Positions 49,591-63,658 of a stretch of DNA of 64,000 nt are shown here, one piece after another. Position 1 is the first letter of the stretch. Each line of letters starts with the position of its first letter. The position numbers and the translations under genes are program-made. The stretch is taken from contig JAGIQG010000002.1 in assembly GCA_024679065.1 (NCBI GenBank), forward strand, positions 80,724,001 to 80,788,000, given 5' to 3'. The notes below the pieces were generated by a model. It was not told where the DNA came from. It made no database searches and was given only the letters and a program-made list of their open reading frames with translations. The stretch comes from Sphyrna mokarran (taxonomy: Eukaryota).

Positions 49591-51104
49591 TATATCTACT
49601 TTTTCAAGGAGAATAATGTTTTCAACAGTATATGGGTACCAAGTAGCTGCGCCATACTCTAAGTGAGGTGTAATCAATGTTTGGTGCAGCATTTCCTTTA
49701 TTATAGTTGAAGAGGAAGTTCCCTTTCACAAGCCAAAATATTTTTGATGCCTGTAGGCTGCATTTTGACTTTGCACGTGTCACTTAAATTATTTTGCATA
49801 TTGATTCCTGAATAATGGCATTCTTTATTGAATTCAAATTGGGAAATTATGCTTGTAGTTGGGTATTAATAGACATTAAGTATTGCTGATTTGAATGTTT
49901 TGACATTTTTGTAAAATGAATTTCATTCCTCACAATTGGCCCATATGATGAAGTTATATAGATCTTTGGGCTAACCTCATCTGCTGCTTCAAAACTACCC
50001 TAACAGCTTGTGGAATGGAAAGGAGGAGGAAATAAAATTGAAAAGAAATGAGGTTTGTTAAAACTGCTTCATTCTATAACTATATTGGCTGTTACAATCC
50101 CAAAAAAGGTTCTGTGGAAATCTAAATCCATATTTGTAGAAGAATTAAATTGATTGTTTAACTTATTTCATAAGACAAAAGGCAAGAAACAGAAACCGGT
50201 CTGTCTGCTTTAGATTTGGCAAGTTGCGACCTGAGTTTAATTGTTTTTCTAGGATTCTGCAGGTAAATTGTCATCATTAACATTCCCAGTGCAGAGATTT
50301 GTAATATATGGGAGCACACATTGGGAATTTGAGTCTAGGAATTTCTTCCTGAATTTCCAGTGTCCAATCCCGGCATGGGAAGTTCTATTGAAATACCCAG
50401 CATGTTTTAAAGCAGTTGTGCTGCCAATATATATTTCTAGTGTCTGAGTTACCAAATTTAAATATGATACATCAGAAAAGAACACAGATTCTATACATAT
50501 TGCAATGTTGGAACTGGACCAATTGTGGGAGCTGTGATTGTAGCTTTCTACTCTCATTTCCTGGTAGTATGATATGTAACTACTGACAGTTACATGTCAC
50601 TTTTGACCCTGTAGCCAAGCTTGAATGAACTCAGAGACAGAATCACAGATTTGTCATAATGCGGAAGGAAGTCACTTGGCTCATTGTGCATGCACCTTCT
50701 CTGCAAATGAGACACTGGTCATTGAAATGCTGCATTACACATTAAACATAATTATTAATAGTAACAATCAAGTTATTGATCTGCAGATGCAAAATAGAAA
50801 GATTATTTTTGCTTTTAATTTCTTCTTCATACTTCTCTTAATTCGTTGTAACTTCTGCACTACTCCATCAATAAGACAGGTAAACAGTGAAACAGCATGT
50901 AGCTTCAGGCGGAGAGTGGGGATTGGCAGGCTGTTTCACCTTTGGAGCCATCACATCACAAGTCCAGTTCTCTTTTCAATCATCATTCATGCACAATCTT
51001 TCCTAGCAGAAGGTACTGAGTAGCACTGATTTAATCTAGGAATGCTAAAGCCAAATGCAAAAGATCGTTAACTGTTGTAACAGATACATTGTTTTGTATT
51101 CATT

Positions 51105-51402
51105 AATGTTTATTTATTAGTCAGAAGTAACCTTACATTCACCCTGCAATGAAGTCACTGTGAAAATCCCTTAGTCGTCTATTTGGCGCCTATTTGGGTA
51201 CACTGAGGGGCAATTTAGCATGGCCAATGCAACTAATGTGCACATCTTTGGACTATGGGAAAAAAACCAAAGTACCCAGAGGAAACCCATGCAGACAAAG
51301 GGGGTCGTGCAAACTCCACAGACAGTGACTCAAAGCTGGGAATCAAATCCGTGTCCTGGCGCTATGAGGCAACAGTGCTAACCACTGTGCCACCATTCTG
51401 CT
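51105..51402 (-). mobile_element. HE1-type SINE
   Basis: Head gtgctaaccactgtgccacc, core, alternative tail as at 11148. Confidence 0.88.
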
Positions 51403-51699
51403 CATAATGTGACACTAAACATAAATATTACTGAGCCATGCGCTACCTTTGTTATTGAATGCTCCATTAGGAAAAGCTAATTTTGAACTTCCTGATACCA
51501 AGATAAAATCACAGTAGCGTAATTAGACATTAGGTTGAAGTTTGCAAAATATTTTTAAGTATGAGAGGTTGGGTTGGCAATAAGACTTAATTTGAACTTT
51601 TTGGTATCAGTCCCTGATGATAGCGTGGTATCCTTAATGGCCATTAGCGTGGTATTATTAATGGATAACCCTGGTCTTTAAGCAAACATCCTGCCATAT

Positions 51700-52566
51700 T
51701 GGGCTGAATTACATAGAGTTGGGGACACACTGCAGACCTTTAAAAATATCATCTGCGGCCTGATTCTGCGATTCCATTTCCATTCCCAGTACCCTTAATT
51801 TTCAGCAGCACATGACATGTGTGTGGACAGTACCTGTTGTAAATCGGCACCTCACGCTCCCAGCCTGGTCCATTTCATCACGGTGACAGGCATCCCTTAG
51901 CTGCTCCAATTTTCATGGAGGCAAGCCAACTTTCTAATGAGTCCCTCAGTGTTGTGAACCACAATCTGAATGAGAAAAACTTGTGAAAGATAAGTTCAAA
52001 ATGTTCTTCTCATGCCCTCCATGCCAGCTCATGCCCCTGCATCTACCTCCATTAGCCACTCATTCCCTCCATGCCAATCTTTGGCACAAAGATGTACAAT
52101 TATCAACTATAAATTATATTAATTGTTATTGTATCAATGTCATATGTGAAAAAGATTTTAAAAAACCATCATTCATCCATAACTTTCTTAGAAAAAATAT
52201 TACAACCATTTAAACTGTCAATCAACTTGCACTTTGTAGCAGAAACTGCAAACGCTCAAAACCGCTTTATTTTGTGTAAATAAATGTAGATCTATTGAGA
52301 AATATGTCTGAGAAATCGCTGACAATCAAGCAATATTTCCCCTGGGTGCAGATGTTTCAACAGACTACTGAATGCCTGGGCATTCAGCCAGGAATACATA
52401 ATGTGGCATAAATTCACATGGCGACGGCATGGGGACTGTGTTGAACTGTTTCTAGGGGTGATGGGCATGACCCCAGTTAGCACTGGCAGCCTTTTCCTGA
52501 GGCCGGCACGCTTAGCGGGAAAAGTTCCTGAATCCTGCTACCCATCCCTAGGCTGAAAATCCAGAC
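51700..52566. mobile_element. Non-autonomous Harbinger-type TIR element
   Basis: gggctgaatt ... gaaaatccagac termini. Confidence 0.45.
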
Positions 52567-53665
52567 AATTTTATGATTCTCAAATGAAAGAGTTATTGTA
52601 GATTGAATAACAGATGAATCATGGCAGGTTCCAAGTAGCAAGCTTCACATGCAGAATGAAATGGCTGACGCATATACAAGATCAGGTATTGTTGAAGAAA
52701 TTTGGATAATATTTAGATAAGGCATATACTACTACATGTTTGCCATCAAAGATTATGATTAATAAAATTGAGGTGCCAACTATCTCTGTTTTCATAGGTT
52801 TATCGACAAAGATATGAAACTTGAAGCCTGTCTGAACAGACAATTCATCACCTTGTGTATCATTGCATTAAACTACTTGTATGATTTATATCACCCGAGC
52901 CACCTGAAACCTTAAACTGGCACAAGAATTCAGAGCTGTTTTAATGATATTTTGACAGTCATTGACAGGGCTGTGCGCTTAATAGGAAATGAATGCATGT
53001 CTGGTGCCAACTACTGATACAACCCATTTGCTGCATAAGATATAACCATAGCTGCCTTATACACAACTGGAAAAATCCATACAGGATGTTCTTGGTCTGT
53101 ATAGCCTCTATTGTTGATATGTACAGATCAGTTGTTGTCAGTGCAGATGATGTTATAGTGTCCTGTTTTATATGGCCTTGTTCTTCCAAGTCTCCATCTT
53201 TCAAACCTAGGTGGAATGTGCATAGTGCATGTGCCAATTTCTGTAGAAGTTGATTGTTGTGAGAGCTCAAGCTAGCAATTAGCATAATGTCAGTTGTTGC
53301 CAGGTTCATTTGAAACCTGGAAGTTATCATTGTCAAATTGAAATATTAGTATTCCCTGCCCACCAGAATGTTAATATTTGATTTGATGGAATCTAACTAT
53401 TTTTAATTCTAATGATGAAAGGGAAACGTTCTTCACCATTTATTAAATTGCAGTGCAAACAATGCAGAACTGGTGGAATGCAATTTGTTGACTATACATT
53501 GACTTTAAATCATTGCGATCATGAACAGATTGGGCTAAATTTAATGCCCTCCATTGAGACAGGTTTGGAGGTACGGGAATATTTAATCAGGGTAGAAGGT
53601 GCAGAATAGGGGCTTTGCCTCATCACCTTCCCAAGTCTGCTCTGAGTAAGTCTGAGGCTGTAAGG

Positions 53666-53996
53666 TTCATAAAGAACAAAGAACAAAGAACAAAACAGCA
53701 AGGGAAACAGGCCCTTCGGCCCAATGAACCCGCACCGCCATGCCAATGTTCCCACCTCTACCCGTGATCCCTGTCTATGTTTATAAATCTATTGATTAAA
53801 AACCAAATTTGAGACAATTTAGGGAGAATTTGTTTTGCCGATTAGTCTAAGAGCACACCTTTGGGATGTGGGAGGAAACCGGAGCACCTGGAGAAAACCC
53901 AAGCAAGCATGGGGAGAATGCGCAAACTCCCACAGACACAGGCCCAAATCCAAGTATCTGTACAGCAAGCAATAGCCACTGAGCTGTTGTGTTGCC
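53666..53996 (-). mobile_element. SINE with HE1-like core and CR1-type (agaacaa)n tail
   Basis: agaacaaagaacaaagaacaa, ggcccttcggcc, gggaggaaaccggagcacctggagaaaaccc; the same subfamily lies at 57895-58266 (+). Confidence 0.8.
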
Positions 53997-54219
53997 CATC
54001 AAATGGTCCAGGTCAAGCGTACACTAATGACGTGAAGCACTAGGATACTCTCGAAAAAAAAAATCCAAGAGCAGCACTCTCACGACCCATTGGGTGTATG
54101 CCCCTTGTTAGACAACAAGGTGGACCAAAGCACCTGTAGAATAACAACAAGTACTCCAATATCATCATCTAATTACACACTTCCTAGGGACTCCCAAGGC
54201 TCATGATCCCTATTTTAAA

Positions 54220-54933
54220 TCAGTTTTTATACCCCTTCATTCCCATTCTGTTCATGTGCCCATCTAAGTATTTCTTACATAACTCCAGAGTGCCTGCCTC
54301 CACCACTTTACTTGGGAGCGCATTCCATACCCCCACCACCATCTGTGTGAAAAAACTCCCTTTAGCATCCAAATTATACCTTACCCCCCTCACCCTAAGC
54401 CCGTGACCCCTCGTGCTATTTGAGTCCATCCTAGGAAAAAGCTTAACCCTGTTTACTCTATCTATACCCCTCATAATCTTGTACACCTCTATTAGATCTC
54501 CTCTAAGTCTACATCTTTCTAAGGAAAACAGTCCCAATTTGCCTAACCTCTCCTCGTAATTCAGACCTTCCATACCAGGCAGCATCCTGGTAAACCTCCT
54601 CTGCACTCTCTCCAGAGTCTCCACGTCCTTCCGGTAGTAAGGCGACCAGAACTGGACGCAGTATTCCAAATGAGGTCTAACCAACGTTTTATAGAACTGC
54701 AACATTAAAGGCCAGCTCTTGTACTCTATACCCCTTCCTATAAAGGCTAGCTTACTATATGCTTTCTTCACAACCTTCTCCACCTGCTCTGCCACCTTCA
54801 GAGACTTGTTCACCTGCACCCCCAGGTCCCTCTGCATTTCTATACTCCTAATAGGTCTACCCTTTATCATATACCTCCCCCCTACATTCTTTCTCCTGAA
54901 ATGCATCACCTCACATTTATCAGGATTAATCAT
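54220..54933 (-). mobile_element. CR1 LINE ORF2 C-terminal fragment with an uninterrupted 237-codon frame
   Basis: NPDKCEVMHF..RDLGV..YKTLVRPHLEYCVQFWSP..RLRGDLIEVYKI..TRGH..FFTQ. Confidence 0.95.
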
Positions 54934-56079
54934 GATTGGCCTTTACACCCTGATGCCAATTAAGAGAGCAATTATGCCCATTTAAGGGCCTCATCCTGCC
55001 TCAATTCATATTCAACCAGCGGTGGGAGGGGCAATTGCTTTGTGAGGAGCCTGAAAAGCAAATTCTTTTGGGCTTGTAGGCTCCTGGGGCATCAGTTATT
55101 GTCTGGCACTCATCAAAGGACTCAGTATCAGGAAGTCGGGGCCTGCTAAGAGCTGCCACCATTCTCCACTCCCCTCAGTACTTCACATAACCTCCATCCT
55201 ATTTTCACTCACCTGTGAGGTGGGGGTGGGTCCCTTACTGATCCTGAGCCTCTGGTTATTTCATGGCTGGCAGATACCATTACTCTCCTGAGGCACTGAC
55301 AGCAGTAAGGAGCTGCCTGTCTCTGATTGAGTGGCTGTTCTCCAGGTTTCTTGATCCCAGTAAAGGCCAGGAAAGTGCCTGACTGGTACTTAATATGGTG
55401 GGCCTTCTCCAAAGGAAGCAATGTAAGGCTCTCACCAACTCTGCAGTGATGGGGGAGAACCCCATTGTTTGAATTAGATTCCTCCCATTTCATCTGGTCA
55501 GCTTTCAATGAAATTTTGATAAGGATGAATGTATTTTGCAACCTGAAATGAACAATCCATTTTAATACAAAAAGTAATCTTACTCTAACCTCTGACACAT
55601 CACTGGGTTCCCCACATATATCCATCAATCGTGGTTTGCCTTGTTACAAAACAGTCTATTTGTGAGTCAATTGTTCTTCTTTCCAGGTGTAAATTTGCAT
55701 CGTTTTTTTACATATTTCACCATCCTTTTTGGCATTCAGCTGAAAGATCCTGGTATCAGTTGTAGGATGTGTCTGTGATAACAACCAGAAAACAACTAAA
55801 TGAATTGCCTAATATGACAGTCTGTAGCTTACACACCTACTATATCCGGGATAAGTTTTAAATGATTCCTGACCACTCCCCACTATTTATACATATACTA
55901 TCTCTTGTTCAGTTCTTGTATCAATTACATGTTAGCTTTTAAATTTATATTTTTTTCTGAGAGTTCTTATGCTCTGAAAGGTGAACAATTTGAAGGCTAC
56001 GAATAGAACATTTCACTACTTTTGACAGATAGTGAGAATTCAGAATTTCCCAGGTACAGGCTTTTAATCTGTTGTGGAA

Positions 56080-57330
56080 CATCACAGAGCCATTACAATG
56101 TAGAAGGAGGCCATTCAGCCCATTCAGTCTATGTTAGAGGGTGAAACTGATAGCATTAATGATCCTTAGTTTCCGATCTTTATCAGAAGACTTCACCATT
56201 TGATAGTCATAGATTACTTGAAACGTATTCACAGGAGCAGACCAGTTGGCCCAACTGGTTCACGATAGATTTTATATTCCACACAAACCTCCTTCCAAAA
56301 ATCTGCAAATCATATATCAGCATAACATGTTCCTTTCTACCTCAAATGTAGCTTCCACCTTGCCACCACTTGGGCAAATAATATCTCCTGAATTCCCTAT
56401 TGGATTCATTCTGATAAATGGAGGCAGTAAGTAGGACTAGAATCTGTGAATGCTCATTAGCTAAGTTCCATAAGCCTTCTATAAGTTGGTTGATATCTTC
56501 TACCTCCAAATTCCCTGCTTTCCTGCCCTGAATCATCTTGTGTACATTCCACTTATATATTAAAATGCATTATGAAGGACTTTTTATACTTTATGAGTAT
56601 TAAAGTAAAGCTGTTAAAGTATTTTTGGAAGGTGTGTCTGGCTCTTTATAACTTGCTACACCTGGTAAGATCATTAAACATTTGCAGTACTCAGTTGTTG
56701 TGCGTGGGATCATGGTATTGACTGCCCAGCCATTTCCTAATACTTGGAAATATCACTCGCGTTGGGAGCTATATCTGCTGAGTTGGAATCAGGGTCTCCA
56801 TCTTTTGCCCTTTTTTGGGCCAGCTGCATTTGTATTATGGCAACTGAAATCTGTGAAAGTCTGTGTGCTCTGGAGCAGACTTCTCCACACGTTCTTCCAC
56901 AATTTCCATTCTTTTTGGACAAAGCCTTACAGCTAATGCTTCACTCTTAAAAATTACTGCATTCCAGATTAGCAGCGTATTATTTCCCATTCCCATTTAT
57001 CCACACAGTATTTTTAAGAGTGGCCCAACCAAGGTTCAATAGAGGTTTAGCATAATTTCCCTACTTTTCAATTCTAGCCTTCTAGGCATAAATCCTAGTC
57101 CATGATTTGTGTACTTTTAATGCTCTTCCTAACCTGTTTATGCAGCTTTTAGTGATCAGTGCATTTCTAGTCAGAAATCCTTTTGTTCTGTGACCCCACC
57201 TTGATTTGCACCTTCCAAGTAATAAGTGGCCATTGTTCTCCCTACCAAATGTAATACCTCACATTTATCTGTGCCAACTATTTGCCTATCCTGTAAATTT
57301 ATCAATGCCGCCCTGTAATTTGTTGCTGTC
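56080..57330 (-). mobile_element. Old CR1 fragments (discontinuous)
   Basis: DKCEVLHLVG on -; CR1-like 3' ends at ~56085 and ~56230. Confidence 0.5.
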
Positions 57331-57435
57331 ATCCTCATTATGTTGGCCAAGCATTGGGTCAAGAATCTGAGGTTTTCTTTTTAACTGCCAACTTTTTTCT
57401 TACGTCCTATATTATTTCAACTCAGTAAAGACGTT

Positions 57436-57750
57436 ATAGAGCTGAATCCACACAGCACGGGAGGCCACTCAGCCCATTGAGTCTGCACTGCTAACAATCC
57501 CACCCAGGCCTTATTCCTATAATCCCACACACTTACCTCGCTAATCCCCCTGACAGTAGAGGCAATTTAGCACTGCCTATTCACCTCACATCTTTGCAGA
57601 GTGAGAGCAAACCAGAGTACCAGGAGGAAATCCGCACAGACATGGGGAGAATGTGCAAACGCAAAAAAAGACTGGGGCTGGAATTGAACCTGGGTACATG
57701 GTGCTGTAAGACAGGAATGCTACCCACCTACTGTGCCGCCATGCCACCCT
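57436..57750 (-). mobile_element. HE1-type SINE
   Basis: Tail, core and head in antisense. Confidence 0.85.
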
Positions 57751-57894
57751 CCTGTTTTATTACGTTGAAATGGTAATATAGCTAGTTGTTAAAGATAACA
57801 GACTAGTTATTTATGCTGCTTAATCTAAGGGGTAACACAGAACTCTCATTAGTGTATGCTTAAACTGGACCAACTGATGTGCAACACGACATCT

Positions 57895-58266
57895 CAGTGA
57901 CTATCACTGTTTGCTGTACAGGTACATGGACCTGAGTCAGATCTCCAACTTGGATTGGTGTCCATGGGAGTTGGCACATTCTTCCCGTGCTTGCGTGGGT
58001 TTTCTCTGGGTACTCCAGTTTCCTCCCACACCCCAGAAACATGCTTTTAGGCTGATTGGTGTTAACAAATTGTCCCTAAATTAGACCTCCCTTAATCTGG
58101 CACACATATAATTCTCTAAATCTGCACACCTTTATTGTGGAGTCCAAGAGACGTAGGCAAAAGTCGTAGGTAGAAGGATTGGAATGAGGCACTCACTGAA
58201 TGTTAAAATGGCGGCGCAGGCTTGTTAGGCCGAAGGGCCTGTTTCCTGTGCTGTGCTGTTCTTTGT
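57895..58266 (+). mobile_element. SINE with HE1-like core and CR1-type tail
   Basis: gggtactccagtttcctcccaca core; ggccgaagggcctgtttcctgtgctgtgctgttctttgtt tail. Confidence 0.8.
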
Positions 58267-60594
58267 TTTAAAAGTGATTTTGGAAAGAAGATAAATTTAA
58301 ATTCTGGATTGAGGTAAATGTACCACAGGGCACAACCATATTGCATACGCCCAGTGAGAAATACAGCTTGATTGTGAAGTAACCTATCAGCAGTTTTGTC
58401 TATAGTTACACTGAATAATTACACTCTTGTAATCTGAAAAATAACCTTGGGCACAAAATGAATCAGCATCCGGTTGCTTCTCCAGATCATTTAAATAGCC
58501 TATACAGCAAAAGCAGAATTATTCATTTTAGATTATGCAAGATTATGAGTAAATAATTTTTAAGATTGTGCTGAGGTTATTGAAAGATATATTAAAAAAA
58601 TTTCAGATACAATTTTATGTGAAATTATGGCTGTTTTGAGCAGTCCAGCTAACACTACTGAGAGACACTAAAGCTCTGTGTTGTGAATTCATTTAACTGA
58701 ATTGGAGAAAAAATGCCCAGCACTTTGAATTTATAATTTATTAAATTCAAAACAACCATAGAAAATGATATCTCTCTGACACCTGTTAAAAATCCCACAT
58801 TTATAAAATATTGGGTGAGATCTTCTGGTCCTGCTGATGGTGACTCCCACACCAAGAGTTCCCTGGCGGTTGCAAATAATGGGAAACCCTGTTGACAGTG
58901 GCAGAATGCGTGGAATTAAAATAATGTTCTAGTTTAATTGATTTTATATGATTTGTTCATCTGTAAATGTTATTAATTTTAGTCAGAACTGTTTATGAGA
59001 AAGTATGAAATCTAAATAATATTAATATATGGCTATGATGTTCTGGTCATATTATAGTTGCATACCAACCACACTGAAACTGTATAAAAACAGTAAATAT
59101 ATCTCTGCCTTTTATGGTTTCCTCTGAAAGTTATTCTCAGCAGATTTGTTTATGGATCTATGTTGATTAATCATTTCAATGCTGATTGGTTAGCTGATTT
59201 CTTTCATCTCAAAAATGTAAGAGTTTGTACTGTAACAAAGCTTCTGTGTATGAATCACCTTTATTAATACTGAAGGAGAAGGATGGGGTATCCTGGAAAT
59301 GCTGCTGAATGAATGACTGTATTGTCCAGTGTGCAGTCAGGTCTGGCTTTTAGTATGACGTTCAAAAAGAAACCTTTGACCCAAATTGCAACTGGCAAGT
59401 GCACAAATGTCAATTTATTTCCCAAAGCATCTGGTATTATTTGATGTTAAATGCATATCATTGATGCAAAAATTCCCAATAGCTTTTTGTTCCCCTGCGC
59501 TGACTTAGTTCACCTTTAACTACAAAAGCATCATACCTTTTAACAAGCTGTCAACCAAAACTGATAACAAGTGCATCAAGAAATGGTATCTAGGTAACTG
59601 GAAGCAGCAGTAGTAGTATCTAAAACAAAGTATTCACGTTGAAAAGTACTGCAGAATTATGGGGAGATGTGTATGTGGATAACATTTCTTGAACAAAAGC
59701 GCCTCCATTTTACCTTTGGCTATGTTTGAGGCAGTGAGCTGTGAGTTTATCACAAATACCTGATGTAAACCTTCAATGTGGATTTAAACTGAAAATTTTG
59801 CAGACAGCTCATCTATCAGGCTGGCAATTTAATTCAGCCTTTTCTGCTACTTTTCACAGGCATGAAGCCAATAGGTTTTCAACTATGATGAACAAAGCTA
59901 CAGTTACATAGGACTCTCACAGGAGGAGAGTGGGGGGAAGACAAAAGTATATTTACTCAAATTATGTTTATTTCTGAGTGGAAAGACTTGATGGGAAATC
60001 ACAAAAGCGGAAAGGTATCCATCCCAAAGCTGGAGTTTATAGAAAACATTTTTTTAAACTGAAGTTTTATATTGTGGAATGAAAACAGGCTCTTAGAATC
60101 ACTGGATATTATAATGTGTCCAAATGTCCAATTATACCTGTGCCAAACATTTGAAAGAACTACCACTTGGTGCCATTTTTTAAATACTTTATATTGTTCT
60201 ATTTTTCAAATATTTATCTTATTTTCAAAAAGTTTTCATTGAGAGGACATGCTAGGGTAGATGTTTGAATTGCTGACTGAGCATAAAACTGACATTGTGG
60301 ATCTGTAACATGAAAATGAAATTGTTTATATAGTTGATGACCAGTCCACATACCAGTTTATGCTTCAGTGGAAAATCAATTCCTGTATGTTCTGTGTAAA
60401 ATTAACCCTTCATCATTCTTTTCAATTTTGAAAGGGATTGGGGTGAATTTTGTCTTGTTGTGCCAATCAGGCATCTGGTGTTGTAATTAAGCCAAAAGTA
60501 AAATACTGCAGTTACTGGAGATCTGAAATAAAAACAAAAATTGCTTTGAAATTCAGTAGGTCACATGCCATCTGTGAAGGGAGAAGTAGTTAAT

Positions 60595-62250
60595 GGCTGC
60601 GATTTTCCGGCTGTGTTATGCTCAGCACTGATTGCATTGGTGTGGAGTGGGATCAGAGAATTGTTGGTGAGGGGTTTAGTGTGTTCTATGCTGGGCAAAA
60701 CCCCACTGCAATCCTCCCAGGCACAGCACCTGCACATAATCTGGTTTCCTCCCAGAAAGGTTGGGAAGCATTTAAATATACTGGGTCTGTTTGAAACCGA
60801 ATCTTCCCCGCATAGGATTCTCCAACCCTCAGATACAGCAAGAACTCAGTGAGAATCACCAGTGAAAAACCAGGCATGATAGCCATGCTGGAAGCAATGA
60901 GTGAGGGTGTGGGGGGGCAATGAAATGCCATGGCACAAATAACAGTGACGCAAAGAAGGGGGGTAAGGGGCCCTCAGGCCATGGGGAACTCTGCAGGGAA
61001 AAAGGGAAGTAAGGAACTTTGAGGCACAGAGAACAGTGATGGGAGGTGTCAAGAAAGCACAGACTGAAGGTTGCAAAGAAGAGAATGAGGGGAGGGGACT
61101 TAGGGAGAGGAGGGTGAAGGTAATGGACAGGCAGATACTAAACAATGTCAATGACGATTACCATATTGGAGTGCAATCGTTTAGCCTGAGCTCAATTGAC
61201 AGGCTTGGAGTCAGGCTAGTTAAGCAATAGTGTCCACTCAAGCAGCACTAATGTCTGAGCATGTTGATTGCTCCCCATTGTGTATGACTTCCAAATCCAA
61301 TGAGGGTTGTGGTTTTGAAGAACTATTGGGTGACTTAAACTTGAGGATCCCCTTAAATACGTGCCCATGGAGCACTGACTGAGTGGTATGTTCCTTATCC
61401 CTTGTTTTACATTAAAGTTCACATTGAGAAATGCACCTCATTTTTCAAACAAAGTGCAGGGCAGGACAATGCCTGGACCTGAGATAGAGTTCAGGATGCA
61501 GCTAAATGGCCATAGGTGTTGCTAATCTTCATGTGGTGTGGGGCAGTGGTGCTCATGTCTCCTCCTGTCTAATCAATTTCAAATCCCTGAGGTCTTCCAA
61601 AATGCAGAGTTGTTTCCTTGGGCCAAGAGCTACCCACTGAAGATGCAGTGGCCTCAGAGTACAGCTGAGGCAAGGCTCAAATGAGGTTATGCTGCAATTC
61701 AGACTTTGATGGAGCAAATCATAGGTGTAGTAGTGAGCTTCTTGAAGGGATGAGGTTTTAAAATATCATGTGACCCAATCAGCCAATTGGGCCAAAGAAC
61801 ACGATTCCCAGGGCTGAGTGTGGGCTTTCCTAGACAGAATCAACCCTGAAACTGTAGGAGTCAAAAACATCTTAGCGGTCTGTATATAGTTATAGCTATT
61901 CCAATAAATAGATTGTTCTAGTTCAAACCTAGTGTTTGCCGGTCACTCAAATTGCAGTAGCAATGCTGAAAATGAGGTTCTGGTGCCTGGACCGGTCTGA
62001 TGGAGCGCTAACAATTGAATCCATAAAGCGGATCGTACATCATTGTTTTCTGCTCCACCCGATACCATCTGGCACTGCATCGAGGAAAGAAGCTGCCAGA
62101 GGAGAAGGTGGAGACACTGCATGTCTCCTCTGATGAGGATGAAGGTAAAGAGGTCTTTGAAGGACAGGATGATGGCTATGAGACCATTTCTAGATGAAGC
62201 AGTCACACATCAAAGGTGCTGAGAGCGCACAGGGAGAATGACAGAGCTCT
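60595..62250 (+). mobile_element. Decayed Harbinger element, transposase C-terminus at 61440-62110, split by a solo LTR
   Basis: KSYPLK..PQSTAEAR..LMEQIIG | MLKMRFWCLDRSDGAL. Confidence 0.7.
61726..61956 (+). mobile_element. Solo Gypsy LTR (231 bp)
   Basis: TGTAGT...ATTGCA termini, internal AATAAA, decayed 5-bp TSD ATAGG/GTAGC, homology to the LTR at 24335-24460. Confidence 0.75.
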
Positions 62251-62352
62251 GTGGGTGCAATTTTACCACTTTGTCCTGCCCCATTGATGGTCGGAGCAAG
62301 CCGGTCAAATTGTGGGAAATCAGGTTCGTGCTTCTTGTATTCTTACTGGCTT

Positions 62353-63658
62353 CAAATATCTGGTGCATTCAGCCTCATGCCCATTTGTGGAAAGAGGATG
62401 AATAGATTATTTAAATATATTTAAAACACCACTTGCATGTAATTGACAGGCCTTGGATGCAATCATCCAGACTCACTTGCTTTTTTGGCCTTGCCTCGAG
62501 AGAATCTCTCCGGTGAGGAAAACACCTGGTCCCCATGAATGAGTAGAACCAGATGCCATTTGACAACCCCCCCTCCCGCCCCGAGAGACTGAGAGCAAGG
62601 GGAGATGTCCTTTGGGAAGTGCCAGAGTGGTAATGCCAAGCAGGTATCTTGGCACTTTCCATTGGGCAGCTTGATACGGTCAGAGACTGGGACCTAAAGG
62701 GGACAGAAACTGAAGGGGTGGCTGAGTGGGGGAATGACTTGCAAGGTACCTGAAGGGGCATATTGATTGGGTAGGGAGAGGGGCCTGCTGTCACTCTGCG
62801 CATGATCAAAGAGGAGAGCAGGCCCCGCTGCCGTTGGCTGGGACAGGGGATGCTATGTTGAGGCCACCTGCAGCAGCGGACAGCTGACAGATCTCTCGGA
62901 GCATCAGATTTGTAAGCTGTCTGCTGATTGCCATTGCACATGTGCAGCCATATAGATCTACACATGCGCAATTACTTCCTCTGCTGCAGCAGCAGCCTTC
63001 CTGGAGAGTTAAACCCTGTTCCACCTTCTTAAGGCTAGAAATGGTCTAACCCATTTTTTGCTACTCTGAGTACATAACATATGCAATTTGGGCTCGCTGA
63101 GAAAATAAACCTGAAATTCTCCTGTTTCCATGTTAACCAGGCAGTTAGAATCTTTCTTACAAAATGGCCCCCTATGACTTCTACCCAGGACATTCTGACA
63201 GCAGTGATAATTCCCATTGAGAAACAGGCATGACTGATGTGTCCAGTGACTGTGAGGACACACCATTAGTGTGCTGGGAAGGTTGCACACAGCACAGGAC
63301 CCAAATATTTTGTGCATTCATCTTCCTGCCCATTTCTGGCAAGAGGGTGAATAGGCTATTTAAATATATTTAAAACATCATTTGCATGTAATTGACGAGC
63401 CTGGGATGCAATCATGTGGGCTCACTTGCCTTTGTGGCCTCATCTCAAGATGATCTCTTCAGCGAGGAAAACACTTGGTCCCCATGAATGGGGAGAAGTT
63501 GTGATAACCTCACTGGTTGAACTGGAGGCTCCACCGAGAGATCGAGGGCAAGGGGGGGGTGTTTCCCTTGGGCAGTGCCAGACTGGCAGTACCAAGCAGG
63601 CATCTTGGCACTTCTCACTGGGCAGCTTGACACTGCCAAGAGTTGGACCTAAAAGGGG
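62353..63658 (+). repeat. Two diverged direct copies (~62353-62701 and ~63302-63658) of a non-autonomous DNA-transposon segment
   Basis: Shared tatttaaatatatttaaaaca..ttgcatgtaattgac..gaggaaaacac.tggtccccatgaatg..gggcagcttga..ggacctaaa. Confidence 0.85.

Noticed and set aside
52959-53336. 125-aa minus-strand ORF
   Set aside because: Non-ATG start, no recognisable domain; within the chance range for this window.
62411-62971. 186-aa minus-strand ORF
   Set aside because: Lies in a GC-richer non-autonomous transposon copy; no domain motif.
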